DNA of 42,080 nucleotides from assembly GCA_035629195.1 (NCBI GenBank), contig DASPIH010000102.1:1-42080 (forward strand). The letters run 5' to 3'. A program made the translations under genes and the position numbers. The notes under the pieces were generated by a model. That model searched no databases, was not told where the DNA came from, and worked only from the letters and a program-made list of their open reading frames with translations. Every line of letters starts with the position of its first letter. Position 1 is the stretch's first letter. This document shows, piece after piece, positions 9,016-18,074 of this stretch. This DNA comes from Blastococcus sp. (GTDB lineage: Bacteria; Actinomycetota; Actinomycetes; Mycobacteriales; Geodermatophilaceae).

Positions 9016-10421
9016 GGCGTCACCACCTCCGTCGGCGCGTCCCCCAGCTGGACCTGGGCGGCGTGCGGAGCCGCCGGCCGGCGTGCGGCGTCGCTGATCC
9101 GCACGAGCAGGGCGACGAGCACGAAGTTGGCCACCAGCGAGGAGCCCCCGTAGGCGAGGAAGGGGGTGGTGAGCCCGGTCAGCGGCAGCAGCCCGGTGAC
9201 ACCACCGAGGACGACGAACACCTGCCAGGCGACCGCGAAGGCCAGACCGGCGGCCAGCAGCTTCCCGAACGCGTCGCGGACGACGAGCGAGGTCCGCAGA
9301 CCGCGCTCCACCAGCACCAGGTAGACGACGATGACCGCCACGAGCCCGAACAGCCCGAGCTCCTCACCGACCGCCGACGCGATGAAGTCGCTCTTGGCCA
9401 CCGGCACCTGGTCGGGCCGGCCACCGCCGAGCCCGGCGCCGAACAGCCCCCCGGTGCCGAGCCCGAACAGCGACTGGACCAGCTGGTAGCCCGCGCCGTC
9501 GACGTAGGCGAAGGGGTCCAGCCAGGTGTCCACCCGGGCGCGCACGTGACCGAACACCTGGTAGGCGATGAGCGCGCCGCCGGCGAACAGGCCCAGGCCG
9601 ATGAGCAGCCAGCTGGCGCGCTCGGTGGCGACGTAGAGCATCACGACGAAGATCCCGAACAGCAGCAGCGAGCTGCCCAGATCGCGCTCGAAGACCAGCA
9701 CCAGGATCGACAGGAGCCAGGCCACGAGCACCGGGCCGAGGTCTCGGCCGCGGGGGAGCTCCAGGCCGGCCACCTTGCGGCTGGCCAGTGCCAGCACGTC
9801 GCGCTTGTCCACCAGGTAGGCGGCGAAGAAGACGACCAGGCAGATCTTGGCGAACTCCCCCGGCTGGATGGAGAAGCCGGCGACCCTGATCCAGATCTTG
9901 GCGCCGTTGACCATCGAGATGGAGGCGGGCAGCACTGCCGGCAGGGCCAGCAGGACGATGCCGACCAGGGCCGAGGTGTAGGCGAAGCGGGACAGGGTGC
10001 GGTGATCCCGGACGATGATCAGCAGACCCACGAACAGGGCCACGCCGAGGGTCGCCCAGACGAGCTGCACCGGGGCGTCCTCGCGGGTGACGGTGCTGCC
10101 CGCCTGCCCGGCGGCCAGGTCGAGCCGGTGGATGACCGTCAGCCCGAGCCCCACGAGCAGCGCCACCGACGGCAGGATGAGGGGGTCGGCGTAGGCCGCC
10201 CACTTGCGGATGGCGAGATGCGCGACCACCCACAGGCCGGTGATCCAGGCGCTGAAGCCGGCCATCTCCGGGCGCAGGGAGCCGGTGACCGTGAGGTCGA
10301 CGATCGCCTGGGCGACGACGGTGATGAGCACCGCGAACACCAGCAGCGCCGCCTCGGTTCCCCGCCGGGTGGGGGTCTCCGGAGCAGCGGTGCCGCGCGG
10401 GTCGGTGACCGGACCTGGCAT
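9012..10421 (-). CDS. rodA: SEDS family peptidoglycan polymerase RodA
   Basis: Multi-TM protein with IQPGEFAK, DLGSSLL, SDFI, GEELG and PFLAYGGSS motifs. Confidence 0.95.
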   Translation of the reverse strand: MPGPVTDPRGTAAPETPTRRGTEAALLVFAVLITVVAQAIVDLTVTGSLRPEMAGFSAWITGLWVVAHLAIRKWAAYADPLILPSVALLVGLGLTVIHRLDLAAGQAGSTVTREDAPVQLVWATLGVALFVGLLIIVRDHRTLSRFAYTSALVGIVLLALPAVLPASISMVNGAKIWIRVAGFSIQPGEFAKICLVVFFAAYLVDKRDVLALASRKVAGLELPRGRDLGPVLVAWLLSILVLVFERDLGSSLLLFGIFVVMLYVATERASWLLIGLGLFAGGALIAYQVFGHVRARVDTWLDPFAYVDGAGYQLVQSLFGLGTGGLFGAGLGGGRPDQVPVAKSDFIASAVGEELGLFGLVAVIVVYLVLVERGLRTSLVVRDAFGKLLAAGLAFAVAWQVFVVLGGVTGLLPLTGLTTPFLAYGGSSLVANFVLVALLVRISDAARRPAAPHAAQVQLGDAPTEVVTP

Positions 10422-11836
10422 CAGCTCGTCTCCCGGCAGTCCACCCCCGGCTCGGACGACGACGTCGTCCGAGCCGACGACGACGTGGTCGTCGTCTCGG
10501 GAGCCGGCGGTTCGGACACAGCCGGCTCTCCGGGAACGGGAGCCTGTGCGGTCGTGGGGGCGGTCGCCGAGGGGAGCTCCGGGGTGGTGGCCGGGGCGCC
10601 GGCGGACCCGACGTCGGCCGTGCGGCACAGCGGCAGCCGCTGGTCGCGCAGGGCGTCGAGGATCCGGTCGGCGTCGCTGGAGTCGTCGGCGGTGATGCTG
10701 CCGCGCACCCGGGTGCGGGCGGCGGGCGTGAGGTCGGAGACGGCGAGGTCGGTGCTGCGGTCGAGCTGGTAGAAGTTCACGCCGACGACGGAGGCGTCCA
10801 GCCCGCGGAAGACCGCCACCTGCTCGTCGTCACCGTTCCCGCTCACCCCCACGAACCAGTGGTTCAGCGCCCAGACGTACGTGCCGATCGCCCCCGCCAC
10901 CAGCACGGTGAGGAGGGCCCCCGCCACCAGGAGGAGTCGCAGCGGGCGGCGGCGGGCGGAGGGGCCGCCGCCCGTCGGCAGCGTGGGTGTCGGCGGCGGC
11001 GCGGGAGCCGGATCGGCGAGGGCGGCCCGGCCGGCGGCCGACCCCGGGTCGACCTGCCGCTGGCCGACGTTGTCCCCCGCCGCGCCGTCGATGACGGGGT
11101 CCAGGCGGCCGCGGCCCCCGGTGTCCTCGACGACGTCGGCGACGATCACCGTGATGTTGTCCGGCCCACCGCTGCGCAGGGCCAGCTCGATGAGCCGGTC
11201 GGCGGTGACCTGGGGGTCCGGCTCCTGCAGCGCGTCGGCCAGCGTGCCCTCGCTCACCACGCCCGAGAGGCCGTCGGAGCAGAGCATGTAGCGGTCACCG
11301 GCACGGGCCTCGCGCATGGAGAGGTCCGGTTCGACGTCCTGGCCGTTGAGCGCCCGGAGGAGCAGCGACCGCTGGGGGTGGCTGTTGGCCTCCTCGGGCG
11401 TGATCCGGCCGTCGTCGATCAGCGTCTGGACGAACGTGTCGTCGTGCGTGATCTGCGACAGCTGGCCGTCGCGGAGCAGGTAGGCGCGGGAGTCGCCGAC
11501 GTGGCACAGGGCCAGCCGCCCGCCGGCGAAGAGGATGGCGGTGAGCGTCGTGCCCATGCCCTCGAGTTGGGGCGACTCGCGGATCACCTCGCGCAGGTGC
11601 TCGCTGCCCTCGAAGACGGCGCCGCGCAGAGCCTGCAGCATGTCGCCGGAGGGCGCGTCGTCGTCGAGGTGCTCGAGGGCGGCGATCACCACCTTGCTCG
11701 CGACGTCACCGGCGGCGTGGCCGCCCATGCCGTCGGCCACGGCCAGCAGCCGGGGCCCGGCGTAGACCGAGTCCTGGTTGTTGCCGCGGATGAGGCCGCG
11801 GTCGGAACGCGCGGCATAGCGGAGAACCAGCGTCAC
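10421..11836 (-). CDS. pstP: PP2C-family Ser/Thr phosphatase PstP
   Basis: NQDS, VADGMGGH, HVGDSRAY, CSDGL and GGPDNIT motifs; TM and extracellular domain. Confidence 0.95.
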   Translation of the reverse strand: MTLVLRYAARSDRGLIRGNNQDSVYAGPRLLAVADGMGGHAAGDVASKVVIAALEHLDDDAPSGDMLQALRGAVFEGSEHLREVIRESPQLEGMGTTLTAILFAGGRLALCHVGDSRAYLLRDGQLSQITHDDTFVQTLIDDGRITPEEANSHPQRSLLLRALNGQDVEPDLSMREARAGDRYMLCSDGLSGVVSEGTLADALQEPDPQVTADRLIELALRSGGPDNITVIVADVVEDTGGRGRLDPVIDGAAGDNVGQRQVDPGSAAGRAALADPAPAPPPTPTLPTGGGPSARRRPLRLLLVAGALLTVLVAGAIGTYVWALNHWFVGVSGNGDDEQVAVFRGLDASVVGVNFYQLDRSTDLAVSDLTPAARTRVRGSITADDSSDADRILDALRDQRLPLCRTADVGSAGAPATTPELPSATAPTTAQAPVPGEPAVSEPPAPETTTTSSSARTTSSSEPGVDCRETS

Positions 11837-12291
11837 GAACGCAGCTCCAGTGCGGTCTGGCCGATGCGGATCGGCTGGCCGGGGGCGACCAGCAGCGGGC
11901 CCTGGACCCGCTGCTGGTCGAGATAGGTGCCATTGGTGGAGCCGAGGTCCTCGACGTACCACTGGCCGCCGCGGTTGGTGAGCCGGGCGTGCCGTGAGCT
12001 GGCGAAGTCGTCGGTGAGGACCAGCGTCGAGTCGTCGGCCCGCCCGACCAGGATCGGCTGGTCACCGAGGGTGATCTTGGTTCCGCTGAGCGGGCCGGCG
12101 GTGACGACGAGCGACCGGGGCCCGCGCTGCCCGCGCTTCTTCGGCGTGGCGGTGCGGGGCGGCACCGACGCCACCCGGCCCGCGCGTCCGCCGAAGAGGT
12201 CGGCGCGCACCACGCGGAACGCCGCGAAGATGAACAGCCAGAGCAGCAGCAGGAAGCCGAACCGGAAGATCTGCAGCACCAGTTCGCTCAC
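11833..12291 (-). CDS. fhaB: FHA domain protein FhaB/FipA
   Basis: N-terminal TM; FHA motifs GR, SSRHA and DLGSTNGT; synteny. Confidence 0.92.
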   Translation of the reverse strand: MSELVLQIFRFGFLLLLWLFIFAAFRVVRADLFGGRAGRVASVPPRTATPKKRGQRGPRSLVVTAGPLSGTKITLGDQPILVGRADDSTLVLTDDFASSRHARLTNRGGQWYVEDLGSTNGTYLDQQRVQGPLLVAPGQPIRIGQTALELRS

Positions 12292-12367
12292 CGGGGCACC
12301 AGCCCGCCGCCCGAGCCCCTCCGGGGGGAGGGGTGGTGCCGTGCCCCGTGCGACCGCGCGGATCCGG

Positions 12368-13180
12368 TCACGCCCCGTCCTGCCGGTAGACCAGGACCGA
12401 GTGGCCGATGCGGATGACGTCCCCGTCGCTGAGCGGCTGGCGGGTGATGCGGCGCCCGTTCACCAGCGTGCCGTTGGTGGAGCCGAGGTCCTCCACGACG
12501 GCGACGCCGCCGTCCAGGACGACGTCGACGTGCTTGCGGCTGACCCCGGTGTCGGGGAGGCGGATGTCGGCCTCCGTGCCGCGGCCGATCACGTTGCGGC
12601 CGGTGGACAGCTCGTGCCGGGTGCCCGGGCCGTCGACCACCAGCACGTGGGTCGAGGTGGTGCGGGAGCCGGCGCGGCCGACCATCGAGGGGACCTGCTT
12701 GCCGGTGTCGGTGGCGCCGTGGCTGCGCAGCGGGGCCAGCGGCGGCAGCGGGGGGTGGCCGGTGGCCGGCGCGACGGGCCCGGCTCCGGAGCGCGGGAGG
12801 GGCCGGGCCGGGTCGGCGACGTGCGAGCTCACCTCGAAGACGCCGGTGGTGAGTGCGTCGTCCTGCTCGAGCTGCACGGTGACCTTGTCGAAGACCTGGT
12901 AGCCCTCGCCCTCGATGTGCTCGGTGACCATGTCGGCGAGCTCGCCGGCGAGCTGCTCGGACCACTGCCCGAGGTGCGCGAAGTCGGTCTCCCCGAGGCG
13001 CACGACGTAGACGTTGGGCGCCAGCACGCGGCCCTCGCCCACGATCGACCGCTGCTCGTCGGCCTCCCGCTGCAGGGCCTTGGCGATCTCGGCCGGGTGC
13101 ACCTTGCCCTTGAAGAGACGGGCGAACGCCAGGCCGACCATGCCTTCGAGACGACGCTCGAAGCGCTGCAGCACACCCAC
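12368..13180 (-). CDS. fhaA: FhaA (DUF3662 + FHA domain)
   Basis: MGVLQRFERRLE...HPAEI DUF3662 N-terminus; C-terminal FHA (IGRG, VSRKH, DLGSTNGT). Confidence 0.93.
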   Translation of the reverse strand: MGVLQRFERRLEGMVGLAFARLFKGKVHPAEIAKALQREADEQRSIVGEGRVLAPNVYVVRLGETDFAHLGQWSEQLAGELADMVTEHIEGEGYQVFDKVTVQLEQDDALTTGVFEVSSHVADPARPLPRSGAGPVAPATGHPPLPPLAPLRSHGATDTGKQVPSMVGRAGSRTTSTHVLVVDGPGTRHELSTGRNVIGRGTEADIRLPDTGVSRKHVDVVLDGGVAVVEDLGSTNGTLVNGRRITRQPLSDGDVIRIGHSVLVYRQDGA

Positions 13181-13290
13181 AGTCGCTCCCTTGCGCTCGA
13201 CGGACGTCCCCCTGTGCCACCCGTGATCGTAGCCGGGCGGAACGTGGCTGACCGCTTCGGAAGCCCGCGACGCCCCGAGGCTCGTTCTCG

Positions 13291-13338
13291 GACACGGCGA
13301 CGGACCGGGCGACGGGCACGGCGACGAACAGGGCGACG
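13291..13338. repeat. Four 12-bp tandem direct repeats (core GGCGACG) in the fhaA/tRNA divergent promoter region
   Basis: GACACGGCGACG GACCGGGCGACG GGCACGGCGACG AACAGGGCGACG; core at 13296, 13308, 13320 and 13332. Confidence 0.75.
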
Positions 13339-13370
13339 ATGAACCCCTCGACGGGGGTGCGGCCCCCGGC

Positions 13371-13379
13371 TGCTAATGT
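13371..13379 (+). promoter_or_regulatory. Putative extended -10 promoter of tRNA-Leu
   Basis: TGcTAATGT 12 nt upstream of the tRNA 5' end. Confidence 0.5.
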
Positions 13380-13391
13380 CTTCCCTCGCCA

Positions 13392-13474
13392 GGGCAAGTG
13401 GCGGAATGGCAGACGCGCACGGTTCAGGTCCGTGTGTCCGAAAGGACGTGGGGGTTCAACTCCCCCCTTGCCCA
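13392..13474 (+). tRNA. tRNA-Leu (anticodon CAG)
   Basis: Acceptor stem GGGCAAG/CTTGCCC, D-arm, anticodon arm CACGG-TTCAGGT-CCGTG, long variable arm, T-loop GGTTCAACTCC; CCA not encoded; syntenic with mycobacterial leuT. Confidence 0.96.
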
Positions 13475-13612
13475 CACACACAACACGCATCCGGCAGTCC
13501 CGGAGCCCGGTCGGCGGATGGTCGGCCCGCCCGTGGATGCCGCGATCCTCCCGGACCTCACGCAGGCAGGCTCCGGTCGGCGTCTCCCCGGGCCGCACGC
13601 CGCCCGGCCGGG

Positions 13613-16522
13613 TCAGGCGGGTGCCGGGTGGAGGCCCGTCCCGGCCTCCGCGCGCAGCTGCTCCCTCAGCGCGGCCGGTGTCATGGGCCGGCCGAACAGG
13701 TAGCCCTGGGCGCGCTCGCAGCCCATGCTCCGCAGGGCGTGCACCTGGCCGGCCGTCTCGACGCCCTCGGCCACGACCCGGAGCCCGAGCCCGTGCCCGA
13801 GCCCGACGATCCCGGCGACGAACGGGGAGGCTGCGTCGTCGGTGAGGCCGGCGGTGAAGGCCCGGTCGACCTTCATCTCGGTGACCGGCAGCCGGTGCAG
13901 CTGGGCCAGCGAGGAGTAGCCGGTGCCGAAGTCGTCCACGGAGATGCCGACGCCGAGCGCGCGCAGGTGCTCCAGGTGCCCGTGCCGGGTGGCGACCTCG
14001 GACAGCACCTGGCTCTCGGTCACCTCCAGGGTCAACCGGTCGCCGGGCAGGCCGGCCTCCTCGAGCACTCCGCGGACCGTCGCGGTGAACCCGGGGTCGT
14101 TGAGCTGGACGGCGGAGACGTTGACGGCCACCTCGAGGTCCACCCCGTCAGCACGCCAGGCCGCGACCGTGCGGCAGGCATCGAGCAGGACGTACCTGCC
14201 GATCTCGCCGATCAGGCCGCTCGCCTCCGCGACGGGCACGAAGACGTCGGGCCGCACCGGGCCGAGGGCGGGGTGGTTCCAGCGGGCCAGCGCCTCCACG
14301 GCCACGATGCGGCCGCTGGCGAGGTCGATCTGCGGCTGCAGGTGCACGGCGATCTCGCCGCGGCGGACCGCTCCGTGCAGGTCGGTCTCCAGCCGCAGCC
14401 GCTGCCGCGCCTGCTCGTCGTCCTCCACCTGGTCCAGGCTGCCGGTCTTGGACCGGTGCATGTCCTCGACGGCACGCTGCACCAGTTCCTGCGCCGCCCG
14501 GCGGGCGTCGTCCTCGGGCATTCCCGACGGGGGCTCGAGGACGGCCACGCCGACGGCCAGGTCCACGAAGACCTCCTGCTCGTCCACACGGAGGGGCTGG
14601 GACAGTGCCCGGTGGATGCGCTCGGCCACCTCCCGGGCGCTTGGGTCGGCCGTGCCCGGCAGCAGGACGGCGAACTCGTCGCCGCTGTAGCGGGACACCG
14701 TGTCCTGGTCGCGGACGACCGACCGCAGCCGGCGGGCGACCTCGCGGAGGACCTCGTCGCCGCATGCGTGCCCGAGGCTGTCGTTCACGCGCTTGAGGCG
14801 GTCGATGTCGCAGAAGAGCAGCGCGACGGGACCATCGGGGGGCGCGGTCCCGGCCAGCGCCTTCCGGACGGACCTCTCGAGGAGCGCGCGGTTCGCCAGG
14901 CCGGTGAGCGGGTCGTGGTCGGCCCGGTGCCGGATCTCGTCGAGCAGGTGGGTGTTGTCCAGTGCCACGCCGGCCAGCCCGGCCAGCCCCCACATCCGCT
15001 CGGTGGTCGCCTCGCCCAGGCCGACCGGGGGCGGCTCGCCGACCCAGTAGGCGAGGACGATCCCGACGAGCCGGTCGCCGACCTTGATGGGCACGCCGCC
15101 CATCGCCGTGACGCCGAACTCGGCGAGCACATGGTCGGCCCAGGCGGAGCTCGACCGGTCGACGAGCATGGGCGAGCCGACGGCGATGAGCTCGCGCAGC
15201 TCGGGGCTGTCGTCGGTGCGGGTGACGAACCCGGCCGCGCGTTCGGCCAGCTCCTCCGGCCAGCCGCTCAGCCCGGCGATCCAGACGGAGCTGAGCCCCG
15301 GCTCCCACAGCGCCACTGCGGCACGCTCGGCGCCGCAGAGGGCGGGAACGGCGTCCGCCACCGTCTGCGCGATCTCCCGCGCCTCGCGGCGACCGGCCAG
15401 CGAGCGGGCCACCGCGAGCAGCAGCCGCGCGGTCTCCTCCTGCTGCCGTGCCTCGGCCAGGGTGGTCGTCATCTCGATCGCGGCGGCCGCGTGCCGGGCA
15501 TAGGCGGTGAGCAGCTCGACGTCGCCCGGGAAGGTCTGCTGCCCGGGCCAGGCGACGACGGCGAGCACCCCGTAGTCCCGGGTCGCCGAGGTGACCGGCA
15601 CACCCAGGACCGACATGCCGCCGAGCTCGTGGCAGCCGGCCTCCAGGTGGGCGCCGGTCAGCGCAGCCAGGACCGACGCTCCCGTACCTCGCGTGCGCAC
15701 GTGCCGCCCACCGTGCGGCAGCCGGACGTCGAGCAGGTAGCCCGGCGCGTGCACCGTCCGGTCGACGCGGCTGGCGACGCGGTCCAGCGTGTCCTCGAGG
15801 GAGTCCCCCCGGACCAGGTCCGTCGCCACCTGCTGGAGTTCGCGCAGGCGGTCCTCCGCAGCTGCCGTCCCGTGCTCCGCTGCCGTCCCGTACCCGGCGG
15901 GCGCCGGGCGGCGCGACAGCCACCGCCGCCAGCGAGGGAACGTGCCGTGCTCCTGCCAGGTCACGGTGTACGTGCACTCCGAGGCGCCGTCGACCTGGCA
16001 GGACCAGTGCTCGACGACGGCAGGGCGCAGCCCGAAGAGCACCGGGGCCTGCCGGAGCATGCCGATGTTGTAGTCGCAGTCCACGCGGCTCGGGTGGTGC
16101 GGGGGGAGGACGCGCCAGGTGAGCTCGGCCGCGCCCCGGCCCGCGGACACGCAGCGGAACACCGCGGCACTGTCCAGGCGGGTGGAGAGGCGCGAGACCT
16201 GCCGCAGGACTCCGGCGGGGGAGCCGAAAGCGGTGACCACCCGGCGCAGCGCCGCGACGGCGGGATCCGCGACTGCGGCCGTGCCGAGCGTCAGGCCGAG
16301 CCGGGCGTTCCCGAGTTCCTGCACGGCGGCGTCGAAGAGCCGGATCTTGACCGGGTACGGGATCCGGCCGCGCAGGCCGAGCAGCTGGGAGCGCTGCCCG
16401 GCCAGGCCGGCGGCGTCGAGCACCCGCTGGACGGCGGAGTCCCCGCCCTGCTCGGCCACGACCCGCAGCAGCAGCCGGGTGGTGACCGTGGAGGTACCCG
16501 CCAGCGCCTTCTGCTCGTCCAC
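13613..16522 (-). CDS. Diguanylate cyclase/phosphodiesterase (H-NOX/V4R-like sensor, GAF, GAF, GGDEF, EAL)
   Basis: HDPLTGLANR, DIDRLKRVNDSLGH, SGDEF, VEALARW, LEVTES and DDFGTGYSS motifs; N-terminal C..E..C...G...C motif; GTG at 16522 with AGGAG RBS. Confidence 0.9.
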   Translation of the reverse strand: MDEQKALAGTSTVTTRLLLRVVAEQGGDSAVQRVLDAAGLAGQRSQLLGLRGRIPYPVKIRLFDAAVQELGNARLGLTLGTAAVADPAVAALRRVVTAFGSPAGVLRQVSRLSTRLDSAAVFRCVSAGRGAAELTWRVLPPHHPSRVDCDYNIGMLRQAPVLFGLRPAVVEHWSCQVDGASECTYTVTWQEHGTFPRWRRWLSRRPAPAGYGTAAEHGTAAAEDRLRELQQVATDLVRGDSLEDTLDRVASRVDRTVHAPGYLLDVRLPHGGRHVRTRGTGASVLAALTGAHLEAGCHELGGMSVLGVPVTSATRDYGVLAVVAWPGQQTFPGDVELLTAYARHAAAAIEMTTTLAEARQQEETARLLLAVARSLAGRREAREIAQTVADAVPALCGAERAAVALWEPGLSSVWIAGLSGWPEELAERAAGFVTRTDDSPELRELIAVGSPMLVDRSSSAWADHVLAEFGVTAMGGVPIKVGDRLVGIVLAYWVGEPPPVGLGEATTERMWGLAGLAGVALDNTHLLDEIRHRADHDPLTGLANRALLERSVRKALAGTAPPDGPVALLFCDIDRLKRVNDSLGHACGDEVLREVARRLRSVVRDQDTVSRYSGDEFAVLLPGTADPSAREVAERIHRALSQPLRVDEQEVFVDLAVGVAVLEPPSGMPEDDARRAAQELVQRAVEDMHRSKTGSLDQVEDDEQARQRLRLETDLHGAVRRGEIAVHLQPQIDLASGRIVAVEALARWNHPALGPVRPDVFVPVAEASGLIGEIGRYVLLDACRTVAAWRADGVDLEVAVNVSAVQLNDPGFTATVRGVLEEAGLPGDRLTLEVTESQVLSEVATRHGHLEHLRALGVGISVDDFGTGYSSLAQLHRLPVTEMKVDRAFTAGLTDDAASPFVAGIVGLGHGLGLRVVAEGVETAGQVHALRSMGCERAQGYLFGRPMTPAALREQLRAEAGTGLHPAPA

Positions 16523-16567
16523 GGTGCTCCTGTCACGTACGGCCCGGGGCCCGGGCGCTCCCGACAT

Positions 16568-16595
16568 GTATCGGTCGATCCGGTTTCGGGTTGAG
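16568..16595 (-). promoter_or_regulatory. Putative sigma28 (FliA/WhiG-type) promoter for the GGDEF-EAL gene
   Basis: Minus strand CTCAA-N15-ACCGATAC versus sigma28 consensus TAAA-N15-GCCGATAA. Confidence 0.55.
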
Positions 16596-16758
16596 CGGGT
16601 GGCGGGCCCCTCCCTCGCACGAGGTGTGGAGGAAGAGCTCCGGTCGGATCGCCTGTTCCTGCCGGAGACCCTCGGGCTGCGGGTGTGTGAGGGTGGTCCG
16701 ACGGCACCGCGGCAGCTGGTGGGCACCCGCCGGCCGCCCGCCACCCGGAGGGAGCCCC

Positions 16759-17115
16759 ATGCGCATCCGCACGCTCGCCGTGGTTGCCGTCGCGTCCGCT
16801 CTCCCGTTCGGCCTGACCGCGTGCGGGGGTCCCGGCGTGGAGGACTTCTGCGAGCAGTACGAGGCGATCGGCCGGGCCGAGGTGTCCGACGGGGCGGAGA
16901 TCAGGAACGAGCTGGAGGAGCTGGCCGACTCGGTGCCCGACGACGCAGGCGGCGACGTCCAGCAGGCGGCGGACCTCCTGGCCGACGACTTCCCGGAGGA
17001 CGGCGACCTGGCGCGGGCGGTCGAGAGCGGGGACGTCGGCGAGGAGGAGGCGAACGAGTTCGCCGCCGCCGTGGAGACCATCGCCTCCTACGGCGACGAG
17101 AACTGCGGAAGCTGA
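16759..17115 (+). CDS. Small acidic lipoprotein, unknown function
   Basis: Signal peptide with lipobox LTAC; GGAGGGAG RBS; two further Cys (FCEQY, ENC). Confidence 0.8.
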   Translation: MRIRTLAVVAVASALPFGLTACGGPGVEDFCEQYEAIGRAEVSDGAEIRNELEELADSVPDDAGGDVQQAADLLADDFPEDGDLARAVESGDVGEEEANEFAAAVETIASYGDENCGS

Positions 17116-17155
17116 GCGACGGCCGCGGCCTGGTCGCATGTGGTGAGCTGGACGC

Positions 17156-18073
17156 ATGTCCGACACCTGGCCTCCCACGGCTCCGGCCGAGGTCGAGCTG
17201 ACCGCCGGCGACGCCGTCCTCGTCGTCGACCTGCGCGGCGGAACGCTGCGCCGGCTCGCCGTCGGGAGCTGGGAGGTGCTCGACGGATACCCCGCCGGGG
17301 CCGTGCTGCAGGGGTGGCGGGGCGCGGTCCTGCTTCCCTGGCCCAACCGGATCCGCGACGGCCGGTGGACCTGGCACGGCGAGGAGCTGCAGCTCGACGT
17401 CCAGTCGCCGGAGGAGCCGCACGCTCTCCACGGCCTGGTGTCCTGGCAGCCCTGGACCGTGCTCGATCGTGCGGACCGGTCCGTCACGGTGGGCACGACG
17501 CTGGAACCGCACCCCGGGTACCCCTTCCGGCTGCAGGCCGCCGTCGACCACGTGCTCGACGCCGGCCGGCTGACGTCGACCGTCCGCGTCCGGAACCCGG
17601 GGGAGCGGGCGGCCCCCTTCGGCGCCGGGGTCCATCCCTACCTCTCGGTCGGCGCCACCGCGGACGGCGGCATCGGCGACGCCGAGCTGCTGCTGCCGGC
17701 CCGGACGGAGCTGGTGCTCGACGGGAGCCTGCCCACGGGGGAGCGGCGGGCCTTCGACGGCACGATCGGGCGGATCGGCGACCGCGCGTTCGACATCCCC
17801 CTCACCGATCTCGACCGCGACGCCGACGGCTGGGCCCGCGTGCGGCTGGCCGGCGCCGCGGGGGAGCTGGAGATGGGTGTCGACGGTGCCTGGCCGTGGC
17901 TGCAGGTGTTCAGCGGGGACGCTCTCCCGTCGGGGCAGCGGCGGCGGAGTCTCGCCGTCGAGCCGATGACCTGCCCGCCCGACGCGCTCGCCGACGGCAC
18001 CGATCTGGTCGTCCTCGAGCCGGGCCAGGAGTGGGCCGGCACGTGGACGCTGTCCTGGAGCCCGGCGGGCTGA
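17156..18073 (+). CDS. Aldose 1-epimerase family protein
   Basis: LLPWPNRI, HALHG, PFGAGVHPY and AVEPMT motifs. Confidence 0.9.
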   Translation: MSDTWPPTAPAEVELTAGDAVLVVDLRGGTLRRLAVGSWEVLDGYPAGAVLQGWRGAVLLPWPNRIRDGRWTWHGEELQLDVQSPEEPHALHGLVSWQPWTVLDRADRSVTVGTTLEPHPGYPFRLQAAVDHVLDAGRLTSTVRVRNPGERAAPFGAGVHPYLSVGATADGGIGDAELLLPARTELVLDGSLPTGERRAFDGTIGRIGDRAFDIPLTDLDRDADGWARVRLAGAAGELEMGVDGAWPWLQVFSGDALPSGQRRRSLAVEPMTCPPDALADGTDLVVLEPGQEWAGTWTLSWSPAG

Positions 18074-18074
18074 C

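Noticed and set aside
13291-13338. Repeats as a CRISPR array
   Set aside because: 12-bp period with 5-nt spacers is far too short; no cas genes.
13475-13612. tRNA-Leu as an integration site for a genomic island
   Set aside because: No integrase, no duplicated tRNA 3' end and no evident compositional shift in the window.
13376-16594. 1072-aa plus-strand ORF, and other long overlapping ORFs such as 32128-35193, 5804-7591 and 9063-10772
   Set aside because: Antisense or off-frame shadows of well-supported genes, typical of very high-GC DNA; no recognisable motifs; the first also runs through the tRNA.
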